A stretch of DNA of 64,000 nucleotides from contig LFTC01000079.1 of assembly GCA_001512915.1 (NCBI GenBank), positions 19,166-83,165 on the forward strand, written 5' to 3'. The notes beneath the pieces are model-generated. The model searched no databases. It had not been told where the DNA came from and worked only from the letters and a program-made list of their open reading frames with translations. Source of the stretch: Clostridiales bacterium DTU083. Its GTDB lineage: Bacteria > Bacillota > Clostridia > Caldicoprobacterales > DTU083. Both the position numbers and the translations under genes were made by a program. Below, piece after piece: positions 32,199 through 42,438 of the stretch. Numbering within the stretch: position 1 is the first letter of the stretch; the number at the start of each line of letters is the position of its first letter.

Positions 32199-32585
32199 TT
32201 AGAAGCCGTAGCGGATTCTTCTTCTCCTTCTGAAAAGCTCGCTGATAAGAATTATTGCAATCAAATCCCGCAAAAGGGGCCTTCTTCTGAACTGCGCTGC
32301 ATCTATACTATCCGTTTCATGCGCTTTAAGATCTGCATAGTGTATTAAATCCGGCATTTCCCTTACACAGGCATCATAGCACTCATTAATCATACTCTCA
32401 ACCAGGGCCTCGGAAGGATAGTACATATAGGGATTATCCATACGATCACAAATACGGTGAACATGAGGATATATCCTGTAATAGATTTCAGGGTACATAA
32501 TCGGCATTACCATCCCATGTTCTATACAAGGATCTATGGATGGATACATATGGCCATATCTGTTATGATATTCGATCGGATACAT
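32199..32585 (-). CDS. Conserved-looking hypothetical protein, Tyr/Pro/Met-rich N-terminus and Arg-rich C-terminus
   Basis: The preferred start is MYPIEYHNRYG at 32585, with a GGAGGTG RBS 8 nt upstream. It contains MYPEIYYRIYPHVHRICDRMD and ends LRDLIAIILISELFRRRRRIRYGF. Function unknown. Confidence 0.65.
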   Translation of the reverse strand: MYPIEYHNRYGHMYPSIDPCIEHGMVMPIMYPEIYYRIYPHVHRICDRMDNPYMYYPSEALVESMINECYDACVREMPDLIHYADLKAHETDSIDAAQFRRRPLLRDLIAIILISELFRRRRRIRYGF

Positions 32586-32678
32586 GATATCCGCACCTCC
32601 TTGCATACTTTGCTGTTCCAAGCTAAAAATATCATCACGCTGTATATCTATATCATATGAAGGAGATGCATTCTTAGT

Positions 32679-34451
32679 TCATACGGCTTCAGCATATGCC
32701 TGGATTATTAAGTTCAAATCCTTTTCCTCCAGGGTTTCATATTTCAACAAGTTTTCGGCTATGGCTACCAACACTTTCATGTTCTGTTCTATAAGGTTTT
32801 TTACTTCACTGTAAAGCTCGTCCATACGGTTTTTGCATTCCTCAAGAACATCATTCTGTGCCTGACGGAAACCATTCTTATAAAGCACATCGTAATTAAG
32901 AAGCCCCGACTTATCATTCATGCCAAACCTTCTGATCATGTTGATAAGTATTTCTGTGGCTTTTTCCAGATCGTTGGATGCCCCGGTAGTAATGTTTTCT
33001 TCTCCAAAGATCAACTCTTCCGCTGCACGGCCTGCCAGCGCTATCTTAATGCTGCTTTCCATCTCTTTTTTTCTGTGGTACATGCGGTCGGGAGGAATAT
33101 TCATGCTGAATCCGCCGGAACCTTTCGTGCTGGGAATTATTGTTATGCGCGTCACCCTGTTTTCAGGGGCAGCCAGCTTGGTTACCAGGGCATGACCGGC
33201 TTCATGATATGCAGTGATTTTCCGGTCTTGTTCAGAAATAGTACTTCTGTCCTTTTTTTCAGCTCCTGCGATTACTGTATAAAAAGCCTTATCAATGTCT
33301 TTGGCCTGAATGCTGCCGCTGCTGCGTCTGGCAGCATTGATGGCTGCTTCGTTCAATAAACTTTCCAGCTTTGCACCGCTGAAGTATACAGTTTGATGGG
33401 CCAGTTTTTCCAGGTTCACGCTGTCATCCAAGGGCTTATTTTTGGAATGGAGTTTCAGTATCTTCAAGCGGCTCTTAAGATCAGGCAGTTGAATTTCTAT
33501 GTGGCGGTCGAACCTGCCCGGTCTTAATAATGCTTCATCCAGGATATCCAGACGATTGGTTGCAGCAATTACAACAATGCCCTGATTCTCATGAAAACCT
33601 GACATTTCGGATAAAAGAGCATTTAATGTCTGATCCCGTTCATCATTGCCGCCTCCATCCAATCCTGCATCCCTTTTCTTTCCAAGAGCATCGATTTCAT
33701 CTATGAATATGACACATTTTCCGTAACTTCTGGCTTTCCTGAAAAGATCACGTATACGGCCGGCTCCTACACCCACATAAACCTGTACAAAATCGGAGCC
33801 CGACACTGCAATAAAAGGAACACCGGCTTCACCGGCTATAGCCTTGGCCATCAATGTCTTTCCGGTACCAGGTGAACCATATAGGATAACCCCCCTTGGC
33901 ATACGGGCTCCATATCTGGTATACTTTTCCGGATTTTTTATAAAATCAACCAGCTCCTGCAGGCTCTCCTTTGCTTCTTCATTGCCGGCAACGTTATCAA
34001 ATTTTACATTAACATTTTCAGGCAAGATGGCATTGAAGAGCTGTTTGCCTGCTTTTCCCTGTTTCTCTCTGGAAACATTACGGTTAATTGCGAATATAAA
34101 AAAACCAACAAGGCTTAGGGTAATTATTGCGCTGAACACCTGCCCGCCCTGAATCTTTTCCTTTACTTCCACAACTTCTATTCCCTGGGTGAGCAAGAAT
34201 TCCTTGAAATTCTCCGTCCGGGGATTGTCGGTTATGAAAGTTTTTCCATCCTTGTACTCTGCCTTAATCCTGTCTGAATTGCTCAGATAAATCTTATCTA
34301 CTGCACCTCTCTCAACAGCCTGAAGGAACTGATTATATGGCAGCTTATCATGCTCAGGCTCATTGTATATTAATATGCCTGCTATAATGGCAGCAATAAT
34401 CAAGATTCCTGCAATAATATGGCTTATTCTTATATTACTCAGAAATTTCAC
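32679..34451 (-). CDS. ftsH: ATP-dependent zinc metalloprotease FtsH
   Basis: Two TM segments, AAA+ Walker A GSPGTGKT, Walker B IIFIDEID, SRH region, and zinc motif HEAGHA. The preferred start is a GTG at 34451, preceded by AAGGAAGGAGGGG. The ORF-track ATG at 34484 would place that RBS inside the coding sequence. Confidence 0.9.
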   Translation of the reverse strand: MKFLSNIRISHIIAGILIIAAIIAGILIYNEPEHDKLPYNQFLQAVERGAVDKIYLSNSDRIKAEYKDGKTFITDNPRTENFKEFLLTQGIEVVEVKEKIQGGQVFSAIITLSLVGFFIFAINRNVSREKQGKAGKQLFNAILPENVNVKFDNVAGNEEAKESLQELVDFIKNPEKYTRYGARMPRGVILYGSPGTGKTLMAKAIAGEAGVPFIAVSGSDFVQVYVGVGAGRIRDLFRKARSYGKCVIFIDEIDALGKKRDAGLDGGGNDERDQTLNALLSEMSGFHENQGIVVIAATNRLDILDEALLRPGRFDRHIEIQLPDLKSRLKILKLHSKNKPLDDSVNLEKLAHQTVYFSGAKLESLLNEAAINAARRSSGSIQAKDIDKAFYTVIAGAEKKDRSTISEQDRKITAYHEAGHALVTKLAAPENRVTRITIIPSTKGSGGFSMNIPPDRMYHRKKEMESSIKIALAGRAAEELIFGEENITTGASNDLEKATEILINMIRRFGMNDKSGLLNYDVLYKNGFRQAQNDVLEECKNRMDELYSEVKNLIEQNMKVLVAIAENLLKYETLEEKDLNLIIQAYAEAV

Positions 34452-34556
34452 CGCAACCCCTCCTTCCTTTATGCAAGCACTCATCTTAATAACTCATTTT
34501 AATTGGTTTACATAATATTAGACATACATGAGTATTATACATAACAATTAATAGGT

Positions 34557-34585
34557 TTGTCATGTGGAATATTTTGTGCTATAGT
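34557..34585 (+). promoter_or_regulatory. Candidate sigma-A promoter for the second PBP gene
   Basis: TTGTCA (34557-34562), 17 nt, TATAGT (34580-34585). Confidence 0.4.
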
Positions 34586-34665
34586 ATTCTAATGGTTTTC
34601 AGCATATTAAAGCATTGGTTTAGCAATATCAGCATTGGATAGAATATAGATGTTGTATATCAGAA

Positions 34666-37281
34666 ATGCAATGCCTGCAAGGAAGTGGTTATGTGAAACG
34701 TGGAAATACATCTGTCAGTAAGAAGAAAAAGAAAAAAAGCTCGGTATGGAAAAAAATATTTGCCAGCATAGGGATACTTGCTGCAATTTCAGTTATTGCC
34801 GTTACTATTTACCTCATTGGAATTATTGGTGCCTTGGATGAATTGGACCTGGATAATCTGATAAATTATGAGCAAACCTCCATGATCTATGACAGCCGGG
34901 ACAATCTGATCACCAGCATTCATGGTGTTGAAAACAGGATTTATGTACCCTTGAACCAGATTCCCAAACATGTCCAGCATGCGTTCGTTGCAGTGGAAGA
35001 TGTCCGTTTTTATTCACACCCCGGCTTTGATGTTATTAGAATGTTCGGTTCTCTTTGGCAAAACATAAAAGCCCGGGATATTGTAGCAGGTGCTGGAACC
35101 ATAACACAACAGGTGGTTCGTAACACCGTTCTTTCATTTGAACAAACCATTGACAGGAAGGTTAAGGAAATCCTTCTGGCATGGCAGCTGGAGCAAAAAT
35201 ACTCCAAGGATCAAATACTGGAATTATATCTTAATATTATATATTTTGGGAAAGGCGCATATGGTATTGAGGCTGCTTCCAAAACCTATTTCGGCAAATC
35301 AGCCAGTGAACTTACAGTTGCAGAAGGTGCCTTGCTGGCAGGTATAATAAAGAATCCAAACAGAAATTCTCCCTTTATTGACCGGGAACGTTCCCTGGAA
35401 AGGAAAGATTTATCCATAGATTTGATGGTAAAAAACGGTTATCTGGATCCTGAAGAAGGCGAAAAGGCAAAAAAAGAGGAAATAAAATTTGCTGAAAATG
35501 TAAAGCCCTCATATGTGCATGGATATTTTATAGATTTGGCACTGGAAGAAGCTGCTTCAATCCTTAAAATAAAGCAAGAAGAGCTGTATACTGGCGGATA
35601 CAGAATTTATACAACCATGGACAAGGATCTGCAGGAATACGCAGAACAACTGTATTCTCAGGAGGACTTATTCCCCAAGAGTCCTGTTTCTGGAAAAACC
35701 AGCGAGGCAGCTTTGGTAATCATGGATACCGATTCTGGGGCACTAAAAGCAGTCATGGGCGGAAGAGAGTATCCGGAAGGCCAGAGGTCTGTCCTCAACA
35801 GAGCAGATACCAGGCGTTCGCCAGGTTCTGCCATTAAACCCCTGGCTGTATATGCACCGGCCGTTGAAATGTTTGATTATACTCCAGTCAGCTTTATCGA
35901 TGATTCTCCGGTTACTTTCAGCGACTACAACAATTATTCTCCCCGTAATGCTGACGGCCGGTTCAGAGGACCTGTAACGATGCGGACTGCTTTGGCAAAG
36001 TCTATCAACGTTCCTGCTGTAAAAATACTGCACGAAATCGGTATAGAAAACGGCCTGTCTTTCGCTGAAAAACTGGGCATTCCCCTGACTGAAAACGACA
36101 TGCACAGCCTGGCTGTAGCTTTGGGTGGAATGGAACAAGGCGTTACTCCCCTGGAGCTGGCCAGAGCCTATGCTGCTTTGGGAGACAGGGGCAGCTATAA
36201 AGATTATACAACTATAAGAAGAATTGAAGATTCCAAAGGCAAGATTCTATATGAGCATCAGCCCGTTAAGAAGCAGGTAATTTCTGAAGAGGCTGCATTT
36301 ATTGTTAACAATATGCTGCAGTCGGCTGCAAAATCCGGCGGCACCGCCCACCGGCTTGAAGGACTGAAGGTGGCTGCCAAAACCGGAACCGTACAGCTGC
36401 CTGATACGGAAGAATTCGCTAATATAAAGGGTGCTAATGATATTTGGCTGGCTTCCTATAATCCTGAATATACCGTTGTGGTTTGGATGGGGTTTGATAA
36501 AAGATCTGCTGAAGATTATCTGCCGACGGATGCCTATGGAAGCACTTATCCCGCCATTATTGCAAGGCAGGTATTTGAGTATCTGTATGACGGCAGGGAA
36601 TTGCCTGATTTTGTGAAACCGGCGGGTGTGGTGGAAGTTAAACTTGACGGCAAGGCTCTGCAGGAACAAAAGCAGGTATTGCTGGCTTCTGCACTTACTC
36701 CGGCCAAATACATAGTAACGGAATATTTTATCAGGGGCACAGAACCTACCAAAGAGTCAGAATACTGGGTTGTTCCCGAAGCACCATATAATTTCAATGT
36801 ATACTTAAATGAAGATAACAAGCCGGTAATTTCCTTTGTGCCGAAAGACACCTTTGCAGCTTACATTATCATGAAATCTCTTGAAGGTCAGGAGGCCTCT
36901 GCGGCCAAACAAGTACAGCCCGGCAGCCTTGATCAGGTGGAATGGGTGGATACAGATGTTACTCCAGGAGAAAGATACCAGTATTATGTAGTGCCTGTCC
37001 ATCCAGAGATTAAACTTAACGGAGAACCTGTACAAGGGCCGCGCACACAGGTTATTACCATAGAAATACCAGGCCAATCTATCTTCGATGAGAATTTCCT
37101 GGAGGACATACTGGACTGGCTCCGTCCTGGAGAAAAAACAGATGATGAGAAAACGCATGAATTTGAAGATAATGAGGACATGAGCGGCAGCGAGGATACC
37201 ATAAACAGTGAAAATAAGTCAGATGACGATTTGGAACAGGAAGATTCAGACATGGAAATAGTAGTTCCTGTCAAACCATAA
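34666..37281 (+). CDS. Class A penicillin-binding protein (second copy) with an acidic C-terminal tail
   Basis: 871-aa ORF with GT51 motifs (EDVRFYSHPGFD, GAGTITQQ) and transpeptidase motifs (SAIKP, KTGT). The tail is Asp/Glu-rich. An alternative GTG start at 34693 is possible. Confidence 0.92.
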   Translation: MQCLQGSGYVKRGNTSVSKKKKKKSSVWKKIFASIGILAAISVIAVTIYLIGIIGALDELDLDNLINYEQTSMIYDSRDNLITSIHGVENRIYVPLNQIPKHVQHAFVAVEDVRFYSHPGFDVIRMFGSLWQNIKARDIVAGAGTITQQVVRNTVLSFEQTIDRKVKEILLAWQLEQKYSKDQILELYLNIIYFGKGAYGIEAASKTYFGKSASELTVAEGALLAGIIKNPNRNSPFIDRERSLERKDLSIDLMVKNGYLDPEEGEKAKKEEIKFAENVKPSYVHGYFIDLALEEAASILKIKQEELYTGGYRIYTTMDKDLQEYAEQLYSQEDLFPKSPVSGKTSEAALVIMDTDSGALKAVMGGREYPEGQRSVLNRADTRRSPGSAIKPLAVYAPAVEMFDYTPVSFIDDSPVTFSDYNNYSPRNADGRFRGPVTMRTALAKSINVPAVKILHEIGIENGLSFAEKLGIPLTENDMHSLAVALGGMEQGVTPLELARAYAALGDRGSYKDYTTIRRIEDSKGKILYEHQPVKKQVISEEAAFIVNNMLQSAAKSGGTAHRLEGLKVAAKTGTVQLPDTEEFANIKGANDIWLASYNPEYTVVVWMGFDKRSAEDYLPTDAYGSTYPAIIARQVFEYLYDGRELPDFVKPAGVVEVKLDGKALQEQKQVLLASALTPAKYIVTEYFIRGTEPTKESEYWVVPEAPYNFNVYLNEDNKPVISFVPKDTFAAYIIMKSLEGQEASAAKQVQPGSLDQVEWVDTDVTPGERYQYYVVPVHPEIKLNGEPVQGPRTQVITIEIPGQSIFDENFLEDILDWLRPGEKTDDEKTHEFEDNEDMSGSEDTINSENKSDDDLEQEDSDMEIVVPVKP

Positions 37282-37286
37282 ACAAT

Positions 37287-37311
37287 TCAGGGGGCATTAT
37301 ATGCCCCCTGA
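37287..37311. terminator. Shared hairpin between the convergent PBP and mrfB-like genes
   Basis: Palindrome TCAGGGGGCAT-tat-ATGCCCCCTGA that includes the last codons and stop of the minus-strand gene. The flanking U tracts are weak. Confidence 0.5.
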
Positions 37312-38577
37312 AATTGCTTTCAGCTTTCTTCTAAGACGTCTTCGCCTGTGTAACAATTCCTCTTTCATGCTTAAAGAGTTTTTGCTTAACCTGTCTGCCA
37401 ATACTATGGCCCTCTCAGTACATGCCAATGCCCGCTTGTAATCCTTCTCCCTGTGTTCAAAAAATTTTGCCATCTCGATCAATGGGAATATGAGCAGGCT
37501 GTCCGGCTCTTCGGCTAAATCAATCCATAGGTCCATGGCCTTTTCAGGCCCTTCATGCTTCTTTTTAAGATATGCCAATCTTTTTTTTGCCTCAGTCGCA
37601 ATTGAATACTTGCTGGAAATCTGAATGCAGCGCTGATAGCAGGCAGCTGCATCCTGGATTCTGCAATTTCTCTCCAATTCCTTTGCAATGGCAAGCAGTT
37701 CGTATTCGTCTGCCTTTCCTAACGGGTCTTCATACAGCTTTTTTATGTGGATCAGCAAAGCTGCCATTGCTGCTATGTCCCATTCATTATGCTGCATTAT
37801 CTGTTCTATAGTGTCTGCATTGCGGGTTTCCAGGTAATCAAAATATATGCCGGGAATTTGGAACCCTGGGATATCATCCTCGCGGATATGGCTCAGTATC
37901 TTTTCCTCAATACATGAGAGGGAGCAGCTTTCCAGCTGCTTTCCCCACAAACGTCTGGAAGTATGTAGCAGATCCAGGTGTGCATTTTCCCAGCTAATGG
38001 AGCTTAGTCTGGAATATACCAGGCGGGTTTCCAGCAAAGGCCAGTCAAAGGCTTTTCCATTGAAAGTTACCAGCAGCCGGAAGTTCCTAAGGGTGCTTAT
38101 CAGCGATTGAAGCATGGGATATTCCTCATCAAAATCTCTCATCAGATATTGTTCAATAACCAGGCCTGCGTCAGTTATATAGCCCAATCCAACCAAAAAC
38201 GCATATGTGCCGGTTCCACCTGCCAAGCCGGTGGTTTCGGCATCAAAAAAAACTATATCATGGGGTTTAAAGCCATTACCTGTTCTGGTCCACCATGAGG
38301 AATCTGAAAGATCCAGATCTGCCAATCCGGAAAAAACAATATGCCCAAAACTGCTGGTCATCTCATATATACTGCGTTTTAACACAAAAGCACCTGATGT
38401 GCTTTCAATTATCTGACCATTAAAGCTATGTCTTGTTTTCCAATCTGCGGCTGAAGAGCCATGCTCCCCTTTCCTGGACACTTCTACATAGTCAGTTGCT
38501 GTACCGGTATCTTTTCTATCAAGCAAATGGGAGCCGGATGACATTGCTTTGAGTTTGCTCTTCAGATTGCGTATCAC
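37297..38577 (-). CDS. mrfB: RNase H-like 3'-5' exonuclease with C-terminal TPR-like region (MrfB/YprB-like)
   Basis: 426-aa ORF with a GTG start at 38577 and a GGAGGT RBS 7 nt upstream. It has a DEDD-type N-terminal motif (IVFFDAETTGL) and a helical repeat C-terminus. It overlaps the helicase gene by 59 nt. Confidence 0.75.
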   Translation of the reverse strand: MIRNLKSKLKAMSSGSHLLDRKDTGTATDYVEVSRKGEHGSSAADWKTRHSFNGQIIESTSGAFVLKRSIYEMTSSFGHIVFSGLADLDLSDSSWWTRTGNGFKPHDIVFFDAETTGLAGGTGTYAFLVGLGYITDAGLVIEQYLMRDFDEEYPMLQSLISTLRNFRLLVTFNGKAFDWPLLETRLVYSRLSSISWENAHLDLLHTSRRLWGKQLESCSLSCIEEKILSHIREDDIPGFQIPGIYFDYLETRNADTIEQIMQHNEWDIAAMAALLIHIKKLYEDPLGKADEYELLAIAKELERNCRIQDAAACYQRCIQISSKYSIATEAKKRLAYLKKKHEGPEKAMDLWIDLAEEPDSLLIFPLIEMAKFFEHREKDYKRALACTERAIVLADRLSKNSLSMKEELLHRRRRLRRKLKAISGGI

Positions 38578-40834
38578 CTAAGATACCTCCCAATAGCTTT
38601 ATTGCCAGGGATTTGCTGTTTTCTGCATTTTCAGATGCCGGCCCCACACAGGCAGGACAACCGCTTTCGCAGCTGCATTCCGATATTACTTCCCTGGCTT
38701 TTTTGAAAAGCTCCAGATGCAATTCATACAAGCGTTCGCTGAATCCAATGCCTCCCGGACAGCTGTCGTAAATATATATGGTGGGTTTCTGTGTAAAAGG
38801 TGATTTTACATGATAAACCACATTTATATCCCTGGGATCGCACATCAGATATAAAGGTACGATCTGCCCCAGCACATTGGCTATACCCATCAATCCGTTT
38901 TGCAGGTCATCCTGGCTGTGAATGCTGACCGGCACCTCATTCAATGTCATCCAATACGCAGTGGTCTGAAGCTCCAGTTCCGGAAGATGAACCTGCCCCC
39001 AGCCTAAATTCTCATGGGTATCGAATTTAATCTTTTTGAACATAGTTACCAGGGATGTAACCATTACATCTCCCCAGCTTCTGCTGGTTCTTTTTTCTTC
39101 ACTCGTCTGGAATACATCCAGCACCTTCAAAATAACGGCCAGGCTGGCGTCAGTGTAATAGTCCACATCAACTTTTCTGACATAAGCCTTCTTTTCTTCA
39201 AAATCCAACTCTTCCACCTGGTACTGAACACCTTCATGGATATATATGGCTTCTTCGTGAATAAGCTGGGGAGCGCTGAACCGGTCAACTTCCCCAATCA
39301 CCCGGGGCTTTGGCCGGGTTATATCAATGATTACAAAGTTGTCTGTATCAGCTGTACGCAGACTTACTCCATCAGCCGGAAAGTTGTCGGCTGTCCAGTG
39401 CCAACGGCTGCCAACCCGGCGGAGTATCTTTTCTTCTTGCAGAAACTCCAATACAGGTTCCAGGGTGTCCAAGCCAAAGTTTTCTCCTTCTTCAAAGGGA
39501 AGCTCGAAAGCTGCGCATTTAATATGGGATATTAGAATGTACAAGTTGTTGGGATTTATAAGGCCGTGTTCGGGAGAGGCATGGAGAAAAAATTCTGGGT
39601 GTTGGATGATATACTGATCCAAAGGATTGCTGCTGGCAACCAGAATTGCAATGGATGTATCATTTCTGCGGCCTGCACGGCCGGCTTGCTGCCATGTGCT
39701 GGCTATGGTGCCCGGATAACCGCACATTATGCATGCTTGGAGCCTGCCGATATCTATGCCCAGCTCCAAGGCATTGGTACTGACAACACCTAAGATATCC
39801 CCGGATCTAAGCCCTCTTTCAATTTCACGCCTTTGAGTGGGAAGGTATCCGCCCCGATAACCCCTGACGGTTTTTGTACCTCCCAGCGCATCCTGTACCA
39901 GCTGCTTCAAATAGGTAACCAGTACCTCAACCGTAAGGCGGCTTTTTGTAAACAAAATTGTCTGGATTTTATTGCTGATAAAATGGGATGCAAGCTTCTT
40001 GGTTTCCAGTATTGAACTTCTCCGGATTCCAAGCGGCTTATTCACTACGGGAGGATTGTAGAAAACCAGATGTTTTCTGCCGGAAGGCGCACCATTGTTG
40101 TCAACCAATACTGTTTCTCTGCCGGTTAACTTGTCTGCCAGCTCTTTAGGGTTGGCTATGGTAGCCGAACAGCAGATAAACTGGGGATTGGAACCGTAGA
40201 ACCTGCATATCCGGTGAAGTCTTTTCAATACGTTTGCCACATGGCTTCCAAATACCCCCCGGTAAGTATGAATTTCGTCCAAAACAACATATTTCAGATT
40301 TTCAAATAATTTTACCCATTTGGTGTGATGGGGCATGATGCCTGAATGGAGCATGTCTGGATTTGTTACAACTATGTGCCCTGCCTGACGGATGGCTTTT
40401 CTTGCGCCGACAGGCGTATCTCCGTCATATGTATATGTTTTTATTGGCTGTCCCAGCAAATCCATTAGCTCATGAAGTTCACTGACCTGATCCTGGGACA
40501 GCGCCTTGGTAGGAAATAAGTATAATGCACGGGCATCGTTATTGTTAAGTATCTCATTTATCACAGGTATGTTATAACAAAGCGTTTTGCCGGATGCTGT
40601 AGGCGTGACAATAACTACATCTTTTCCCTGAAGAACCAGGTCTACTGCATTGGACTGATGGGAATAGAGCTGATGAATCCCTTTCTTTTTCAGCACTTCT
40701 TGCAGGTCCTGGCGCATCCCATCGGGAAAAGGCCCGTACTGCGCCTTTCTCGGTTCTATTTCTTCCCAGTGGGTTATGTTATTTAAAATTTTGGGGTCGC
40801 TACGCATATGATCTATCAATTGATCAATATTCAT
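38519..40834 (-). CDS. mrfA: DEAD/DEAH-box helicase with C-terminal DUF1998 zinc module (MrfA/YprA-like)
   Basis: Walker A TPTASGKT, DEIH box, QQAGRAGR, and C-terminal Cys residues (SCPGG ... CSCESGCPACV). The preferred start is MNIDQL at 40834, with an AGAGGT RBS 9 nt upstream. The ORF-track ATG at 40843 abuts that RBS. Confidence 0.85.
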   Translation of the reverse strand: MNIDQLIDHMRSDPKILNNITHWEEIEPRKAQYGPFPDGMRQDLQEVLKKKGIHQLYSHQSNAVDLVLQGKDVVIVTPTASGKTLCYNIPVINEILNNNDARALYLFPTKALSQDQVSELHELMDLLGQPIKTYTYDGDTPVGARKAIRQAGHIVVTNPDMLHSGIMPHHTKWVKLFENLKYVVLDEIHTYRGVFGSHVANVLKRLHRICRFYGSNPQFICCSATIANPKELADKLTGRETVLVDNNGAPSGRKHLVFYNPPVVNKPLGIRRSSILETKKLASHFISNKIQTILFTKSRLTVEVLVTYLKQLVQDALGGTKTVRGYRGGYLPTQRREIERGLRSGDILGVVSTNALELGIDIGRLQACIMCGYPGTIASTWQQAGRAGRRNDTSIAILVASSNPLDQYIIQHPEFFLHASPEHGLINPNNLYILISHIKCAAFELPFEEGENFGLDTLEPVLEFLQEEKILRRVGSRWHWTADNFPADGVSLRTADTDNFVIIDITRPKPRVIGEVDRFSAPQLIHEEAIYIHEGVQYQVEELDFEEKKAYVRKVDVDYYTDASLAVILKVLDVFQTSEEKRTSRSWGDVMVTSLVTMFKKIKFDTHENLGWGQVHLPELELQTTAYWMTLNEVPVSIHSQDDLQNGLMGIANVLGQIVPLYLMCDPRDINVVYHVKSPFTQKPTIYIYDSCPGGIGFSERLYELHLELFKKAREVISECSCESGCPACVGPASENAENSKSLAIKLLGGILGDTQSEEQTQSNVIRLPFA

Positions 40835-40867
40835 ACGAACCATACCTCTTTTTCAGTTTATATGACA

Positions 40868-40896
40868 AGTATATCATTGAACATTTGTTCGGTAAA
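40868..40896 (-). promoter_or_regulatory. Candidate promoter of the mrfA-mrfB-like operon
   Basis: On the minus strand: TTTACC (40896-40891), 17 nt, TATACT (40873-40868). Confidence 0.45.
40879..40890. promoter_or_regulatory. LexA operator (Cheo box) GAACATTTGTTC
   Basis: Perfect GAAC-N4-GTTC palindrome. The extended form TGAACATTTGTTCG compares with the Firmicutes consensus CGAACnnnnGTTCG. It lies in the spacer of the candidate promoter, about 45 nt upstream of the helicase start. Confidence 0.65.
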
Positions 40897-40912
40897 GGCT
40901 TTTTTGAACTGG

Positions 40913-40962
40913 CAAAAAGCAAGCCTAAAGCTCAAGGGATTTCTAAAAAGCTTCAGGCTTGC
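40913..40962 (-). terminator. Rho-independent terminator after the E3 (lpd) gene
   Basis: Long hairpin GCAAGCCTGAAGCT...AGCTTTAGGCTTGC, followed on the minus strand by UUUUUG. Confidence 0.7.
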
Positions 40963-41018
40963 AATTACGCTAACCTTCTTATATTCCTATATTGGATTGA
41001 TATATACTCATAATTCAA

Positions 41019-42413
41019 TTATATGTGAATTGCCCAGCCTTCCGCCGCGCGCATGGATTCCATTACAGCTTCCGAAAGAGTGGGATGGGCATGAATCATG
41101 GTCGCTATATCTTCTGGCAGCAGTTCGGCTGATTTGGCCAAAAGCAACTCATGTATCAGTTCCGTTGCATCGGCACCTATGATATGGGCACCCAGAATTT
41201 CCTTGGTCTTCGGATCGAACAATACTTTTACCATGCCTTCCGGCTGTTCCACTGCAACGGATTTGCCTGCGCCCCTATAGGGAAAGACGGCTTTATCATA
41301 TTCCAGTGACTCTTGTTTTGCACGCCATTCCGAATAGCCGAAACTGGCCACCTGGGGTTCACAGTATACGGCACTGGGAACAACCATAGGATCTATACTT
41401 TCAGGCGGATTCAGCCCCGCTATGTGTTCAACTGCAATTTCGGCTTCTTTAGAAGCTACATGAGCCAGCAATGGTGTATTGATAACGTCTCCTGCTGCAT
41501 AAATATTGGGAACGCTTGTCTGATAGAAGCTTCCAACCTTTATAAAACCTTTTTCCGTCTCAATGCCCACATTTTCCAGGCCGATTCGTGAAGTGTTGGG
41601 CACCCGCCCTACCGCTACCAGAATCTGATCGACTGTCAAGGTATTCTTAGCTCCTTTGCCGTCTTCCAGAACAACTAAAACCCTATTTTCCTTAACTTCA
41701 ATGGAAACGGCCTTGGTGCCGGTCATTATCTCTATACCCTGTTTCCTGAAGGCTCTCTCCAGTGCTGCAGAAATCTCTTCGTCCTCCAGAGGCAGGATTC
41801 GATCCATTACTTCAACAACAACCACTTGGGCTCCAAAAGACTTCATGACATAAGCAAACTCGATGCCTATGGCGCCTCCGCCTATTATTAACAATTTACC
41901 GGGAAGCCTTTCCTGCAGCAACAGGCCGGTTGAGGAAAGAACATATTTCTCATCAAAGCGGAAACCGGGTATTTCTCTGGGACTGGAGCCGGTTGCAATG
42001 ATTATATTCTTACCTGTTACTTTTTTGCCGTCAGACAAGCTTACCTCATTAATCCCGGTGATGGTTCCGGCGGCCTGAATCAAATCCACTTTGTTTTTCT
42101 TCAGAAGAAAATTTACTCCTTTTGAAAGGGTCTCAGCCGCCTTTCTGGATTTATTTACCACCTTCCTATAATCAAATCCGCTGCGGTCAATAGTAATTCC
42201 CAGCTCTTCCATTTCTGTCAGGCTCTGAAACCTTTCTGCCTGATGAATAAGTGATTTGGAGGGGATGCAACCAACATTCAGGCATACGCCGCCAGGTTTG
42301 TCTTTTTCTATTACTGCAGCCTTCAGACCCAGCTGAGAGGCACGAATGGCTGCCACATATCCGGCAGGGCCGCCGCCAATGATTACCACATCATAATCAT
42401 AGTAATTTGCCAT
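41019..42413 (-). CDS. lpd: Dihydrolipoyl dehydrogenase (E3)
   Basis: MANYYDYDVVIIGGGPAGY with the redox-active GGVCLNVGCIPSK motif. The start at 42413 has an AGGAGG RBS; the ORF-track start at 42452 lies inside E2. Confidence 0.93.
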   Translation of the reverse strand: MANYYDYDVVIIGGGPAGYVAAIRASQLGLKAAVIEKDKPGGVCLNVGCIPSKSLIHQAERFQSLTEMEELGITIDRSGFDYRKVVNKSRKAAETLSKGVNFLLKKNKVDLIQAAGTITGINEVSLSDGKKVTGKNIIIATGSSPREIPGFRFDEKYVLSSTGLLLQERLPGKLLIIGGGAIGIEFAYVMKSFGAQVVVVEVMDRILPLEDEEISAALERAFRKQGIEIMTGTKAVSIEVKENRVLVVLEDGKGAKNTLTVDQILVAVGRVPNTSRIGLENVGIETEKGFIKVGSFYQTSVPNIYAAGDVINTPLLAHVASKEAEIAVEHIAGLNPPESIDPMVVPSAVYCEPQVASFGYSEWRAKQESLEYDKAVFPYRGAGKSVAVEQPEGMVKVLFDPKTKEILGAHIIGADATELIHELLLAKSAELLPEDIATMIHAHPTLSEAVMESMRAAEGWAIHI

Positions 42414-42438
42414 AGGACTCCTCCTGTCTTGTAATATT

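Noticed and set aside
38519-40843. Helicase-DUF1998 protein as part of a DISARM-like phage defence system
   Set aside because: No methyltransferase, PLD-nuclease or DrmC/DrmD-like genes are adjacent. The partner is an RNase-H-like exonuclease, as in MrfAB, and the promoter carries a LexA box. DNA repair is therefore the better reading.
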